Under the pieces are notes generated by a model. The model saw nothing but the letters and a program-made list of their open reading frames with translations, had not been told where the DNA came from and searched no databases. This document shows positions 37,670-50,844 of a DNA stretch of 64,000 bases, piece after piece. Made by a program: the position numbers and the translations under genes. The stretch is from Octopus bimaculoides (Eukaryota). The stretch spans positions 9,317,037-9,381,036 of the forward strand of contig NC_068983.1 in the NCBI RefSeq assembly GCF_001194135.2, read 5' to 3'. Every line of letters starts with the position of its first letter. The first letter of the stretch is position 1.

Positions 37670-37850
37670 TGACTGCTTAATAACTGGTGCTGGTTTGTTT
37701 ACGTCTCAGTAACTTAGTGCTTTCGGTAAAAGAGACGAAGAGAATAAGTACCTGATTTAAATTGAGTATTGGTATCGAATTGTTCGGCTGAACTATTCTA
37801 GGCGATAAAACCAACATAACCACAGTCCAATGACTGACACAAAGAAAAGG
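37670..37850 (+). mobile_element. SINE family B 3' half, diverged
   Basis: ACTGGTGCTGGTTTGTTTACGTCTCAGTAACTTAG...AGAATAAGTACC...CAGTCCAATGACTGA. Confidence 0.6.
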
Positions 37851-39794
37851 TCACATTTTACAAACTTCAGTCGTACAAATTAGACACGAATTATTGGAAT
37901 GGGTAAAAAAATATGGCCGAACGTAATATATTCCATTCGATAAACATAGTTTATGCTAGAGATTAAAGTTACAAATAAAATACTATCAGCGTCCGTAGTT
38001 TAATAGCAGAAATTCCACTAGATTTGATTGTAAGGTAAATTTCAAAGAATTTGAGATTTATCTGTTATAATAATGTTAATTTGAATCTTAGGGCACGACA
38101 TTGGTCAGTGATTTTAACGCACACGTCTGCGCATCGAACAAGTTCCTTAGCTTTTCTTTCAGCCTTTTACGTTCTGAATTCAAATCCGTCAGAGGTTAAT
38201 TTCGTATTTCATCCTTTGAAGTGATAGGTTGAGAGAATAAAATAACAGCCAAATACTGAGAACGATGAAGACAACTTATACCCTCTCCTGAAAACTTTTG
38301 GACTTGTACCAAAATTAGAAAGAATCTTGGGGCAGTAAATAACTGTGAATTTATTGCATGATATCAATGTAGGTGTGAGGCAGGAATACTAAGTTTGATT
38401 GGATTCTTGCTCGATAAATGCTGTGTAAGTTCAATAGTAATAAAATAATGACTTGTTGGAACCAGATAATGTTTTTTTTTTCTGTCTTTGTGTTGTTATG
38501 ATATATAAGGTGTTAGCTATTGTATAGTTCAAGGAAATTTGCCTTTCTGCAGTGTAACGTTGTCTTATTATTATTATGTATTTTTGTAAGTTGATTTGCT
38601 GAAAGAATAGTGAGAAAGTTGTAAAGAAATATGTTTTTAACCTGTTTAACACATTGTACCGGTGTTGGAATGTGTGTGTATGTAGAGAAGTGATTCGTTG
38701 AACGAGAATTGGGAATTGCTGAGGTTAAATATGCCACCAACACAGTTGACAATATTGACGTTCAGGAAGACATATTTACTTATTTCTTGATGTATTTACA
38801 TTTGGTTTCTAAATGTAGACTCAGCCGTAAATTTTCATTTGATTTCCTTAAATAAATTGTAAAGATTTTTTCTGTATTTTAGTGACTGCTATTGTTCAAG
38901 ATTAGAAAAAATCGTCTCTGCGAAATCCTTTAGGAATGTAAGGATATTTGAAAAGTTGGTGAGCTTTGAACGGTATTTTTCATCAAGAAATGGAATATTA
39001 GGTATTTTGTTTCCATTTGTCACGAAGAATCTTTTATCTTTTACAGGTTTCAGTCATTAAACTGCGGCCATGCAGAGGCACCACCTTGAAGGGTTATGTC
39101 GAACAAATCAACCCACATTATTTAATTTTATTAAAACTTCTTACTAGTTTGTGTGGATGTAAAGAAGACAACGTTTGTCAATTCTATCAAACGAGATAGT
39201 TAAGTCATTATCAAATATATTCCATACACTATCGTTCCCAAATATAAATTAATTTTCCCCCTTATCTATCAGTTTTGTGAGAAATGCTTTTAAATATCCC
39301 TCAACAAAGAAAGAATGAGCTTTCACTGAATTCGACACTGAAAGCCAAACCACCATTAATCTATCAATCCTGTTTTACTGAAGGATTTAATTTTGTAAAA
39401 GACTTCTGACTCATTACTTTCTTTCAAATTAGAATTATTCAGCACCTAAAGAAATCTAGTATGAGAAGATACTCAAATAAGAAAATGTTTTGTTTACTGA
39501 TTTCTATATAAGAATAAACATTTTCGACATTGCTCAAAGCTTTTGGGTGTTCGTCACTGAGCAGGATAAATCAGGTCAAAACACCACCCCAGGCGGTCCC
39601 CTGGCGTCCTCGAGTTGCTTTGAGAATTTTTCCGCGAAGAAATAGTAGATCTAGTAACGTTCGATACATTAAAAATGTTATACATTCAGACTTTTTTGCC
39701 CCAGGCTATTTTAAGTGTACACATGAATTAATGGCATAGACATTTCGGTGTGATCATGGGCTCGTAATATTTAAATGTCATTAGTTACATTATT

Positions 39795-39832
<38 letters not shown>

Positions 39833-39869
39833 GGCGTGTAAGCAATTTCATGGCAATGTTTCTGCAGTA

Positions 39870-40235
39870 ATGGTCTTTATGGGATTTAAGAAGTTATAGT
39901 GGATGAGTCCAGCAAACAGTTACCATAACCTTCTTTTTGAAAATCTCGGGTTTAGGGAAAGTTTTCGGTGCTTCATTTTGGCCCAACCACTGCCAAGAAC
40001 TTTTTTAATTTTGTACAGAACCCACTTATCATCGCAAGTTACAATACGGTCGAGAAATAGAAAGGTCTGGTTACGGAGAAGAAGCGACGAGCAAATTCCA
40101 TATGTTCGCATTTTCTGATTTTCATTCAGCTCGTGAGGTACATATTTGTGAAGCTTTTTTTGATTTTCCAATCGCATGCAAATGGTTGCAGGCTAACGTG
40201 AAGTTATTTTGCCAATTCTCGAGTGAGAATAATAA
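39870..40235 (-). pseudogene. Mariner transposase fragment (WVPHEL to first catalytic D)
   Basis: KYVPHELNENQKMRTYGICSSLLLRNQTFLFLDRIVTCDDKWVLY, then a frameshifted KKVMVTVCW; these are classic mariner motifs. Confidence 0.9.
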
Positions 40236-40339
40236 AAGATATAGTAAAAGATACTTTCCCAAAATGTCAGCAATCTGATTGAACCCAAAATCTTGTGATA
40301 GTGAAACAAGCTTTTTTACCTTATACGTAATTGTTATAT

Positions 40340-40625
40340 GCACTGGACTGCGGCAGTGGTGGAGCACTACTTTCAAGGGGCTTAGGTAAACAGTACTTAT
40401 TTTTAACTCTGGTACTTATTCTGCCGGTTTCGTTTGCCGAGCTATTAAGTTACGAAAACATGAACTAACACCGGTTATCAGGCGGTGGACACACACATAC
40501 ACAACATACTTTTTTCAGCTTCTAGTCTCTGAAATCCACTCACAAGTCTTTTGGTTAGCATGGCTCAAGATGTTCTGCAGTATAATTGCGAAAAAGCTAC
40601 TTACCACACAGCCATACCTGCACCA
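40340..40625 (-). mobile_element. SINE family B, diverged and deleted
   Basis: GACTGCGGCAGTGGTGGAGCAC...AAATCCACTCACAAG...CTACTTACCACACAGCCATACCTGC. Confidence 0.7.
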
Positions 40626-41376
40626 ACATAATCTATAGTAAACTGACATAAATGCTAATAGTCATAGATATTGTGGTAACATTTATATATTAAGACATTC
40701 TCAATACTTATATGATTGTACTTCAGTTGCAACCGTTATATGTTCAATAGTTATCATAGCAACAACAATAGTGAAAAGAAGAGAAAAATATTAAGAACGT
40801 ATTTCCTTCTAACAAGGTCGTTGGGCACCAAAATTACTACTGACTGCTCACATAATTCTGATCTTCTGTGACATGATAGAAAATTTAGCAATTCGGAAAT
40901 TCTAAAATCTGCAGTTAAAGTAATATAGAAAGCGAAATTACGACCAGAAATGATTCGAAGTAAAATAGGTTTTAGTCTGTAAAGCATATTCCTTGACATT
41001 TCACTGACGATTCGCTTGGGAATATATGGTTTGTATTGTCTTGTGTGTGATATAAAAAAGGCTATCACCATAATTTATTAGCTTTAAATAACCAATATCT
41101 CACATTCCCTATTCTCGTTTGATTTGCAGTGGAATATACTAAAGTCGGATAGGTTTGATAACCAGTGATGCAATAAGAAATTACGATCTCATAATAAAAT
41201 ATACAAAAAAAAGTAAGACTGAAGGAAAGAAATAAAAATACATGTGTAAGTGCATGTGCATGAATACTTATGCATGCGTGTGTGTGTGTATATATATCTT
41301 TGTGAGAAAAATTGGAAGACAAAAAATATATATATGTGAAATAGTAGAAGCAACGATTTCGGATTTATTACGTCTG

Positions 41377-41560
41377 CCTTCACAGAGGCGGAGGTATTGT
41401 TTTTCAGTCGTGTTTGTTTGTTTGTTTGACCGTGGACAAGATATCTCAAGAACCGCTGAATGGATTCGGATGAAACTTTCAGAGATGTCAGGCCTCGTGA
41501 CTGGCACGAACTGGTTAGATTTTGGGATAGATCCGGTATCGGAGAAGGATTCGAGATAAC
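41377..41560 (+). mobile_element. Helentron/DINE-like non-autonomous element, 5' fragment
   Basis: ATTACGTCTGCC-TTCACAGA-GGCGGAGGTATTGTTTTTCAG (short palindrome), then a (TTTG)n microsatellite and GATATCTCAAGAACCGCTGAATGGATT..GATGAAACTT, the layout typical of HINE/DINE-1-like elements. Confidence 0.55.
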
Positions 41561-42269
41561 TTCGTCGGGCAGGACGATGTGGTTTGTTGCCCTACCAACC
41601 GTAATTGAACATAAAGAGTTAAACTTTTTTTTTTAAATATGAAAAATATCGATTCTTTATTGCCTACTCGAGGCTAGCACAGAGGGGACAGTACAAAACA
41701 TGTGGGGACATAAAAACGAGAGACAAAAACGAAAAATGATAAACGAATGACAGAAAGATGAGATGTAAATGAAAACTAAAAAATGAAATGAAGCTTTTCG
41801 GCCCCACCTCCGAGCGACTTCATTGATACCTTAATTCGATCCCGTAGTATCCTTCTGTAAACTGTCAATATTGTAAACATTTCGGAGTGTAAGACAGGCT
41901 ATGTGCTTTGGTATGTCACTTGTGTCCATTTTTTTCACCCAGTAGTGAATGCCTTCCTTGTATATAATCATTTTTGATAATTGCTCCTGGGATATCAGCA
42001 CGCAATTATACCGTCATGGTATCCCAGTAGAAGTTGTCGTGTTCACTGTAATTACGTCTTCCCAACTGTTTAATTCGTCGTAGAGTTCTATATTTATATC
42101 GTCGTATATTACAACGAATTTAATTTTTTCGCAGGCCGTGGGAGGGAATGTTTGGGGGTTCTTGTGTGTGTGTGTGTGTGTGTTTTTCTTTTTTGTCGGA
42201 GGGAAGTGGAAAGGTTTGGCGTCTGTAAGTAGAGGATGGGGAAAAGAAGGTGTGGGTGTGAGTTCAAAA

Positions 42270-42885
42270 TATTCAGAGCATTTTGTCTATCTTTACGTTC
42301 TGAGTTCAAATTCTGCCACCGTCGACGTCGCCTTTCATCCCTTTCGGAGTCAATAAAATAAATCCTAGTTAAGCACTGGGCTCAATGTAATTGACTTACC
42401 CTTCCCCCGAACATGCTGGAGCCAAAATTTGAGAGAACTATATGTGGCATCTAAGGCGACGAGCTATCAGAATGGTTACTTCGCAGAAAAAAATGCTTAG
42501 CGACATTTTTTCCAACTTAATGTTCTCAGTTCAATGACCACCGGTGTCGGCTTTGTCTTGCATTATTTCGGGGCCGATAGCATAAGTACCAGTTGTGTAC
42601 TTGGGTAAATGTAACCAGATTACCCCACTCGTGAAATTACTGGATTTGCACTAAAACTTGAAAATAATACACGTATCATCTGATGGCGAGCTCGGAGAAT
42701 GGAAAGCAAGCCCGAGCAAAGTGTTTGGCAGCGTTTTGTCACTTCTAAGTTCAAATTCCGAAGATATCAACTTTGCCTTTCACCTTTACGTGTCGATAAA
42801 ATAATCACCTGCTGAGCACTGGGCTTCATGCGATCAACCTATCCCCTCCCCTGAAATTGCTGGTCATTTTCCAAAATCTGAAACT
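42270..42885 (+). mobile_element. Three tandem SINE family A copies
   Basis: The family A core occurs at about 42270-42432, 42450-42665 and 42683-42885. Confidence 0.75.
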
Positions 42886-43105
42886 AATATACGTAGCATC
42901 TGCACGTCGTTGTCATATTGCTCAGGGATATGTGATAGGCAATCGATGTCAATGAATAATAATCATACCTCGATTAAGTACTAGATATGAACACATTGCT
43001 ACCGAGCGAGTAAAGAAAGAATGGCCTCTAAATGGCGGTCCGATCTGCTAAAACTATGTCAAATCATCAAATCAACCCTAACCACCTTACAGTAGAAACG
43101 ACATA

Positions 43106-43333
43106 TTCTCTTCTACTCTAGGCACAAGGCCCAGAATTTTTTTTGGGGGGGGGAGGATCCAGTCGATTAGATCGACGCAGTATGCAACTGGTACTTTATT
43201 TATCGACCCCGAAAGGATTAAAGGCAAAGTCGACCTCGGCGGAATTTTTAACTCAGAACTTAGTACCGCTCAGCATTTCGCCCGGCGTGCTAACGATTCT
43301 TATTTCTTTATTGCCCACAGGGGGCTAAACATA
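43106..43333 (-). mobile_element. SINE family A (tail 2) with the tail of a tail-1 copy joined at its head
   Basis: Junction GCTAACGATTCT/TATTTCTTTATTGCCCACAG at about 43300, at the same position as the junction near 21800. Confidence 0.85.
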
Positions 43334-44019
43334 TTTGATAATGAAATCCAAGATACATACACATGCAAAAATTAAAACTAAATGGTGGCGGTTGCATCAT
43401 TTTCAATCATAAATTTACTGTATCAAGACTCGAGTACAATAAGACATAATAAACTATCCGTCTGGCGAGAATGCTGCAGATAGCTATATTCTTTCTTGGT
43501 GCAATACACATTCACCAAAATACAGCTATTTGCCAAACAAGACTTGTGTAGTGCATTGAGTCAAATAACTTCAGCTGATCTAGAAATATTAGATTTTTCA
43601 CTACATGATTGACAAGTTATTCCGTACTGGAAAACGATATATTAGAACGGAGAAGTTGTCAACTTAGCATGATATTGTTAATAACTTGAAAAGCTATATA
43701 ACTGACTATTAAAGTCCATTCAAATGCTATTAATTCACACATTTCTTTAAACACATTTTAATTAGTGTTTCCATAGCACCGCTCAAAAGTAATTCTAATA
43801 TAAGTTAAATATCTTTACAGTCAAACCATACATTTCCTACTTTTAATTGCTAAAGCTTCACTATTTTAAGACGTCACTTTTTTTATTTTAGTAAGAAGTT
43901 GTTTTCTACAATTGTAGAATCCATCTTTGTTTTTTCTTAAGCTTGCTTTCCATTGCTTTTTTTTTGTTTTTCAGATGTTCTAGAGAAACACATCTAATGA
44001 ACCTCTAAACACTGAAATC

Positions 44020-44360
44020 TTGTGGGGAGGGATCAGTCGATTAGATCAACCTCGGTACGCAGCTGGTACTCAATTTATCGACCCCGAAAAGGATGAAATG
44101 CAAAGTCGACCACGGCGGAATTTGAACTCAGAACGTAAAGACAGGCGAAATACCGCTCAGCATTTCGCCCGGTGTGCTAACGTTTCATATTTCTTTATTG
44201 CCCACAAGGGGCTAAACATAGAGAGGACAAACAAGGACAGACAAATGGATTAAGTCGATTACATCGACACCAGTGCATAACTGGTACTTAATTTATCGAT
44301 CCCGAAAGGATCAAAGGCAAAGTCGACCTCGGTGGAATTTGAACTCAGAACTCGCCGCCT
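44020..44360 (-). mobile_element. SINE family A dimer
   Basis: Junction GCTAACGTTTC/ATATTTCTTTATTGCCCACAAG near 44187. Confidence 0.85.
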
Positions 44361-44626
44361 TACAGTATGGCATATTGATTCTCTGTGATATTTTCCTTTA
44401 TTTTATCTGCGTGTAGTATTGAGGCAGTGAAGAATCTCGGTCATGGACTCTAATTTCTTTGCAATAGATTGTTCCAAGCCTCCAAATACTTTATACTGTT
44501 CCTGAAGTAGCACGTAACCCTCGGATTTCTTCCAGAGCAATGTTCCCTTAAACCTTTAGCTGTGAGTGTAGGCCAAACTTTTTATGTTGAGCATTTTTCT
44601 TCTTGTGGTAAAGGTGCCTACTGAAA

Positions 44627-45052
44627 GTAGGTGCACGCATGATTATGTGGTTAAGAAGGTAGCGTTGCAACCAAGTGACATCGAGTTCGGTCCCTTTGCA
44701 TAGCAACTTGAGCAATTGCCTTCTATAGCGCTGTGGAGCGGGGTGATCAATGCCTTGCGAATGAATATGGTAGACTGAAACTGTGTAAAAGCCCATCAAG
44801 CAGTTATAAATATGTGGTTGTCTGTGTTGTCTATCTTCATGAGAGTATTTGCTCCTCACCACCACTACCATCATTTGACAACGGTTGTTGGTTTGTCTAC
44901 GCCCCCCTTAATTCAGTGGTTCAGTAAAAGAGACCGTTAGAATAATTTTTATACTATAAAACACCTTAGTATCGAAGACGATTCGCTGGCCTGTATCCTT
45001 CAAAGCGGTATCACAGCATGGGCCCAGCTCAAAGAGTGAAGCAAGTAAAAGA
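44627..45052 (+). mobile_element. SINE family B, old diverged copy
   Basis: GGTGCACGCATGATTATGTGGTTAAG...GAGTTCGGTCCC...GGCGGT-like tail...AAGCAAGTAAAAGA. Confidence 0.6.
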
Positions 45053-46224
45053 TTAATTAACTTACTACTGCATTACTTTATATCTGCCTTACGTGTTCGC
45101 ATTAATTAAATATGCTCACATTCATTTGATTTAAGTGCTAAGTGTAAAACAGGTGTACTTACACACTTATATGAGAGACTGACCAAATGATTTATCATCA
45201 TTAAAATATTCCAGTCACTATTAAAATTTTCGAAATTATATCATAAGGTTGTAGAAGATGCTGCAATTTAGGAATTTATTATTCACTTTGTCGTTTCTGA
45301 TTCTTTCAATATGTCCGAGGTTTTGCTGTACTCTGTCGTTGCTATTTGAGAAAAGGGTATTCAATTAGAGTGTCTCCTTATCACATCTCTTCATCTCAGT
45401 TGCTTCTTTGTTCTCGAGCAGCTACTTTCAAAACTATTGGAGTAATTTGATCGCTCACTGATAACATCGATTTTGTAGGATTTCTACCGACAGTTACTCT
45501 AATCAATCTTTCCTCAAGTGGCATGCTACTCCATAACAGAAAGTTCTACTGCAATCTCACTAATTTGTGTACGTGTGTATGTGTACATGTGCGTTTCGGT
45601 TTGGTCTTCACTCATTTCTGTTGGGTTCTGGGTGGAAAACTTCGTGCACGTGTAACGGTGAAAATTTCTATAATAATGCCTCTTTGTTTATTCACAATTC
45701 ATGAGCAACATGTATTGATCTTTCTCGCATGGTCTGAGCAAGTGAGTGAAGCTGTCTTACGTGTTTATATTTGTTTAATGCTTGCCTGAAGCACTTTGCC
45801 GTCTAAGCTATAGAAGATCGACGTTTTACTTCGATGTAAGGAAACAGTTGTTGGTATATTTCTCTTCTTCTATGGATTTTTGTGTTAATATGATTAAACT
45901 TGTCACAAGCCTAACTAATGACACAAGTAAATAAAATAAAATTGTCAATACATATTATTAGAGGAACAAAGAATTGTTATCAAGGAACAAAAATAGATTC
46001 CAATATTGATAATGTCTGAACAAACTGGTGCTGTAACAAATACTTGTTCGTTTTTTGTAGTTTGGTTTCCTCTTCAGAAATGTCTGAAAATACTCAATTA
46101 TGTCAGTAGGGCATTTTTGCCTTTCCGATGTCGTAGACACTCGTTGTCTTCCACGGCGCCATCAAAGTGCGCCTTAGTCAATTCTGAGAGAAAAGAATTA
46201 AATATTAATTGACCCTTGCAATTC

Positions 46225-46495
46225 ATCATCATCGCCATCATCAACATCATACCTTGGGCATCATTGCGACGAGTCCTAGGATTCATAGCACCTGTTACCC
46301 ATTTTCTATTGCGTGTAACTGACGAAGACCACAACGCTCGCCCCAACCGGGACGCCATTAAGTTGCAGGGTTACTCATCTACAGGTGAGTGAACTGGAGC
46401 AACGTGAAAAGAAATATTTTGCTCAAGATTCACGGTTCGGGAATCGAAACCGCGATGCTGCGATCGCGAATTCGACACCATAACTGCTAGGTCAT
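46225..46495 (-). mobile_element. tRNA-headed SINE (family D head) with (ATG)n tail
   Basis: GTGAACTGGAGCAACGTGAAAAGAAATATTTTGCTCAAGA...GGGAATCGAAACCGCG; the (CAT)n run at 46225-46250 forms the tail. Confidence 0.6.
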
Positions 46496-46674
46496 TGATT
46501 AGTTCTTTAGTCGCCAGCACCTGTAGATATAAGAGGTGAAGCTGATTTATGTATGATAGGATTTGAAATCAGTGCGCAGATATCTAGAACAAACACCACA
46601 AGACATTATAAGCGATGTTAAGCGATTGTATTGGCGTGTTTATAGCCAATAGAGGTCTAATACTTTTCTACCAG

Positions 46675-46890
46675 AGAGAGTGGTGAGCCGATGAAATTGT
46701 TAATCCTCCGAAGAAAGTGTTCGTATTATTCCTTCTGCCTTCACTTCTGAGTTAAAATTCCGCGACATCAACTTCGAGTTTCATTTTTATCAAGGTCGAG
46801 AACAATCAGTAGCAGTTGACCAGTTGGGGTCGATATAATCGTCAAGACCCCCTCCCTAATAAATTTCAGGCCTCCTACCTATAGTAAAGA
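46675..46890 (+). mobile_element. SINE family A, diverged
   Basis: CTTCTGAGTTAAAATTCCGC...GGGGTCGATATAATCG...AATTTCAGGCCTCCTACCTATAGTAAA. Confidence 0.65.
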
Positions 46891-48001
46891 GAAATGTTTG
46901 TAAAAGATAATCTCCAAACCCTAAGTAAATTTACGAACGATTGGTGTTAAGAACTGACGGCACAAAAATTTGAAGTTGTATTTCTCATGTTGGATGAAAT
47001 TTGTGTTTTTATGGATCATTATAGTCATGTTGTGCAAATATTGATCACTCGAAATAGCTACAAATATAAATATTACCAAAATTATTCATTTTAAGTAAAA
47101 TAAAGTATGAAAACATATTTCAGTGATAAAAAAAATACATATTTCTACAAGAAAAATTCCATTTCTTTGTTTACAAAAATGTCTCTATATACTCGCGAAA
47201 AAAATAAACTATAAATCAATGTTAAACTCGTTTTATAAAACAATATTTATTGTATAGCTCTAAGCTGGGTAGTCGATTGGCAGCGTGGTAACAGCGTTGT
47301 ATAAGATACCTTACGCTGTTGGTTTCTGTTTTCTATGCTATGAGCCTAAATTTCGCTGGGGTTAAATCTACTTTCTTGATCGATAAATAAAATAACCTTC
47401 ATCGTGTAAGGGTCATTGAACGCAAAGTTGTCTGACAAGACATCTTCGTTTATTCGTGTCTACGGGGCACCCAAAACAATTAGTGAATGCGTAGTACTGA
47501 CAGGTCATCTACGTGTGTTCAAGAGCACATAAGGCAATTAGATATCATTTTCGGCTGCAAATAATGACGGGTTCAGATTTGGATGGTATAAGAACATAAT
47601 CTATTAACATCTCATGCCGCGAATATGTAGATATGTTAATTTGCAGCATAGAAAGCCTTGATGTGTTTGTTCTAGCCTATCTCTCTATCACTCACTCTCT
47701 CTGTAAAGAGAAGCTTAACTTTAAAATCACAAAAAATAATGATTTCTAATGGGGCCTTAACTGTGTGAACTGTTTACAACCGGTGTAAATAGAGTTCATT
47801 CCGTGTCTTTCTGAAATGTGTAACAGCTGCATAATATAACCTATCCCAATAAATATCAAATGACATCGAGCCTATTTATTAATTAGATGAGTCACCGCTT
47901 CGAAAATTTAGCAATTTAGACGTTGTGAAAACAGAAATCGTAAGCGGACTCCAGAATGGCGGTGTCGCTCGAAATAGAACGATTAAAGGAATAGTTATAT
48001 A

Positions 48002-49266
48002 CAGGGGTTAGACAATATAATGGAAACACCTAGCATCATAGCATCATTATTTTGAAATATCTATAAAACCGTCAAAATTTGTTTCTCTTTGTTTTTTTTT
48101 TAATTCATTATTGGTGCTGCTTAATATGTTTTGCTCAAATTGCGGTTTGTTTCTTTTCAGATATTATCAGAAGGCAATTGAAATTCCCTAAAATTGCAGA
48201 TCTGTCGGACTTTCAAAGAGGTCAAATTGTTGGTGCTCGTATGGCAGGCGCTAGCGTAACAAAAACAGCCGAAATGTTTGGAGTATCAAGAAGTAATGTC
48301 TCAAGAGTAATGAGAGGATTTGAGAAATAGGGGAAAGCGTCGTGGAAACAAAACTCCGGAATAAAACCAAAACTTTCAGAAGGAGACCGTCGGACTCACA
48401 CGCGAATTGTTAGAAAGGATCACAAAAGTACAGCTCCCAAAATTATTGCTGAGCTTAATGATCACCTGAGAATCTAGTTTCCATAAAACCTGTTCGCCGG
48501 GAGCTCCACAAAGCCAGATTTCACAGGAGGGCTGTAATCAGAAAACTACTACTTTCAAAACAAACGTTGCAAAGCGTTTAGAGTTGAGTAAAAACCTACA
48601 GAATTGGTCCCTAGAGCAGAGGAAGAATGTTAGTTTCTCGGATGAGTCATCTTTTACCTTATTTTCGACTCTCGGCCGAGTATACGTGTGGAGACAGCCA
48701 GAAGAAGCATGTGGCCCAGACTGCCTTCTTCCAACTGCTAAACATAGAGGAGGACTGCAATGATCTGGTGGGGGGGGGATATATCTTGGAAATCCGCCGG
48801 CCCAATGGTTTCGCTTCATGGTAAAATTAATAGCTAAGACTATTTAAGCATTTTATCTGATCAAATTCATCCTATAGTTGCGAAACTATCTCCGGAGGGA
48901 AACGTAATATTTCAGGATGATAATGCAGTAATTCACACAGCTAAAGTAGTTACTGAATGGCATGAGGGAAGTTGAATATCTTATCTGGCCACGACAGTCC
49001 CCAGGTCTCAATATTATTGAACATTTATGGTGCATTTTAGAAAAAAAATGTAATGAGTCGATATCCTCCACCATCAACACTACAAGAACTGGAGATTGTT
49101 TTAGCTGAGGAATGGGCGAAAAATCCTTTGGAAACAATTCAAACTTTGTACGAGTCCATACCTCGTAGAATTCAAGCTGTAATTCCTGCCAAGGGCGGTC
49201 CTACTCCAAGTTAAAATAAATTTGTTTGAAATTCTAAGCTGTTTCCATTATTTTGTCCAACCCCTG
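48002..49266 (+). mobile_element. Full-length Tc1-like DNA transposon (about 1265 bp)
   Basis: Left TIR CAGGGGTTAGACAATATAATGGAAACA matches the right TIR (reverse complement CAGGGGTTGGACAAAATAATGGAAACA). Flanks are TA on the left and TGTA on the right; a transposase relic lies inside. Confidence 0.95.
48193..49214 (+). pseudogene. Tc1 DD34E transposase pseudogene
   Basis: (I)ADLSDFQRGQIVGARMAGASVTKTAEMFGVSRS (HTH), FSDESSF (D1), IFQDDNAVIHTAK (D2), WPRQSPGLNIIEHLW (E), GGPTPS*. The start ATG has become ATT, and there are several stops and frameshifts. Confidence 0.92.
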
Positions 49267-49374
49267 TGTATAAACTTCAGTTACCATCATCTGAAAATGA
49301 AAACAATGCTAAAGCTGACATCGGCGAAATTTGAACCCAAATCGTATCTTTCATCATTCAGTGGTTGACAACTG

Positions 49375-49590
49375 GCATTGGACTACGGCCATGCTAGGGC
49401 ACCACTTTGAAGGGTTAAGTCGAACACATCGACCCGATTACATGTATTACTTTTAGGTCTGGCACTTATTTTGTTACATACTTTCCCGGAAACGTTAAGC
49501 GTAGAAAAAACCCTACGTAGACTCTCAGCTGAGTTGAGAGACAAGAACCACAAAGACAGATACACACAAATCTATTCACGCACACGCGTG

Positions 49591-49641
<51 letters not shown>

Positions 49642-49770
49642 TGGGCTTCCACATAATTTCCGTTTATCAAGTACTCCCAAGACGGAAGTCGATTCATAGC
49701 TACATTAGATCATATTTCCTCCAGGTGCCACTCAGAAAACAGATGGTTGCAAAGCAAGCGTCTTAAGCCC
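49375..49770 (-). mobile_element. SINE family B, diverged
   Basis: GACTACGGCCATGCTAGGGCACCAC..., internal (TG)n, CCAGGTGCCAC.CAG...GGTTGCAAAGCAAGC. Confidence 0.6.
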
Positions 49771-49831
49771 ACAAATTGCTGTTCTTTTATGCATTTTCTT
49801 GAAGGTATGATAAAAAATATTACTTTGAATT

Positions 49832-50742
49832 ATAGGTACAACGCCTGCAATTTGTGGGGAGAGGCATAGTCGATTACATCGATCCCAGTACTTGATTTAT
49901 AGACCCCGAAAGGATGGAAGACAAAATCGACCTCGGTGGAATTTGAACTTACAACGTAATGGCCGCCGAAATACCGCTAAACATTTCGCCCGACATGTTA
50001 ACATTTCTGCCAGCTCACCGCCTTAAAATATTTATTTCTTTATTGCCCACAGTGACTAAACATAGAGGGGGCAAACAATGACACACAACGGGTTTAAGTC
50101 GATTACATCGAACCCAGTGCGTGACTGGTACTTATGTAATCCAACCCGAAAGGACGAGAGGTAAAGTCGACCTCGGCGGAATTTGAACTCAGAACGTAAA
50201 GACAGACGAAATACCGCTAAACATTTCGCCCGGCGTGCTAACGTTTCTGCCAGCTCACCGCTTTTTTGACCAAATAAATATTGTTTTCTACTCTAGGCAC
50301 AATGCCCGAAATTTTTGCGGAGGAGGCCAGTCGATTACATCGACCCCAGTACGCAACTGGTACTTAATTTATCGGCACCGAAAAGATGAAAGGCAAAGTC
50401 GACTTCGGCGAAATTTCAACTCAAAACGTAAAGACAGGCGAAATACCGCTAAGCATTTTGCCCGGCGTGTTAACGTTTCTGCCAGCTCACCGCCTTGACC
50501 AAAAAAAAATATTTATTTCATTACTGCCCATAGGGGGTTACACACAGAGGGGACAAACAAGGACAGGCAAAGGGATTAAGTCGATTACATCGGCCCAAGT
50601 GCGTAACTGGTACTTATTTAATCGACCCCGAAAAAAATGAATGGCTAGGTCGACCTCGACGGAATTTGAATTCAGAACGTAACGGCAAACGAAATAACAC
50701 TGAGAATTTTGACCGGCGTGCTAACGTTTCTGCCAGCTCGTT
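49832..50742 (-). mobile_element. Four head-to-tail SINE family A copies (tail 2, tail 1, tail 2, tail 1)
   Basis: Copies at about 49832-50024, 50030-50261, 50283-50496 and 50510-50742. Confidence 0.9.
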
Positions 50743-50844
50743 GCATTTGTGCAAAAGAATATTGACATCGTACTTGCTGCGATGATGAGAATAATATTCG
50801 TGATGCGTTATAATTATTACTATTTTTCCTAAACTAAATCGATG

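Noticed and set aside
43975-43998. Strong acceptor followed by (D/N)VLEKHI*, a possible terminal exon
   Set aside because: An acceptor alone in T-rich DNA is weak evidence; there is no homology and no clear polyadenylation context.
47440-47535. FIRVYGAP...VVLTGHL, resembling APE endonuclease motifs
   Set aside because: The matches are too short and too closely spaced to call a LINE fragment confidently.
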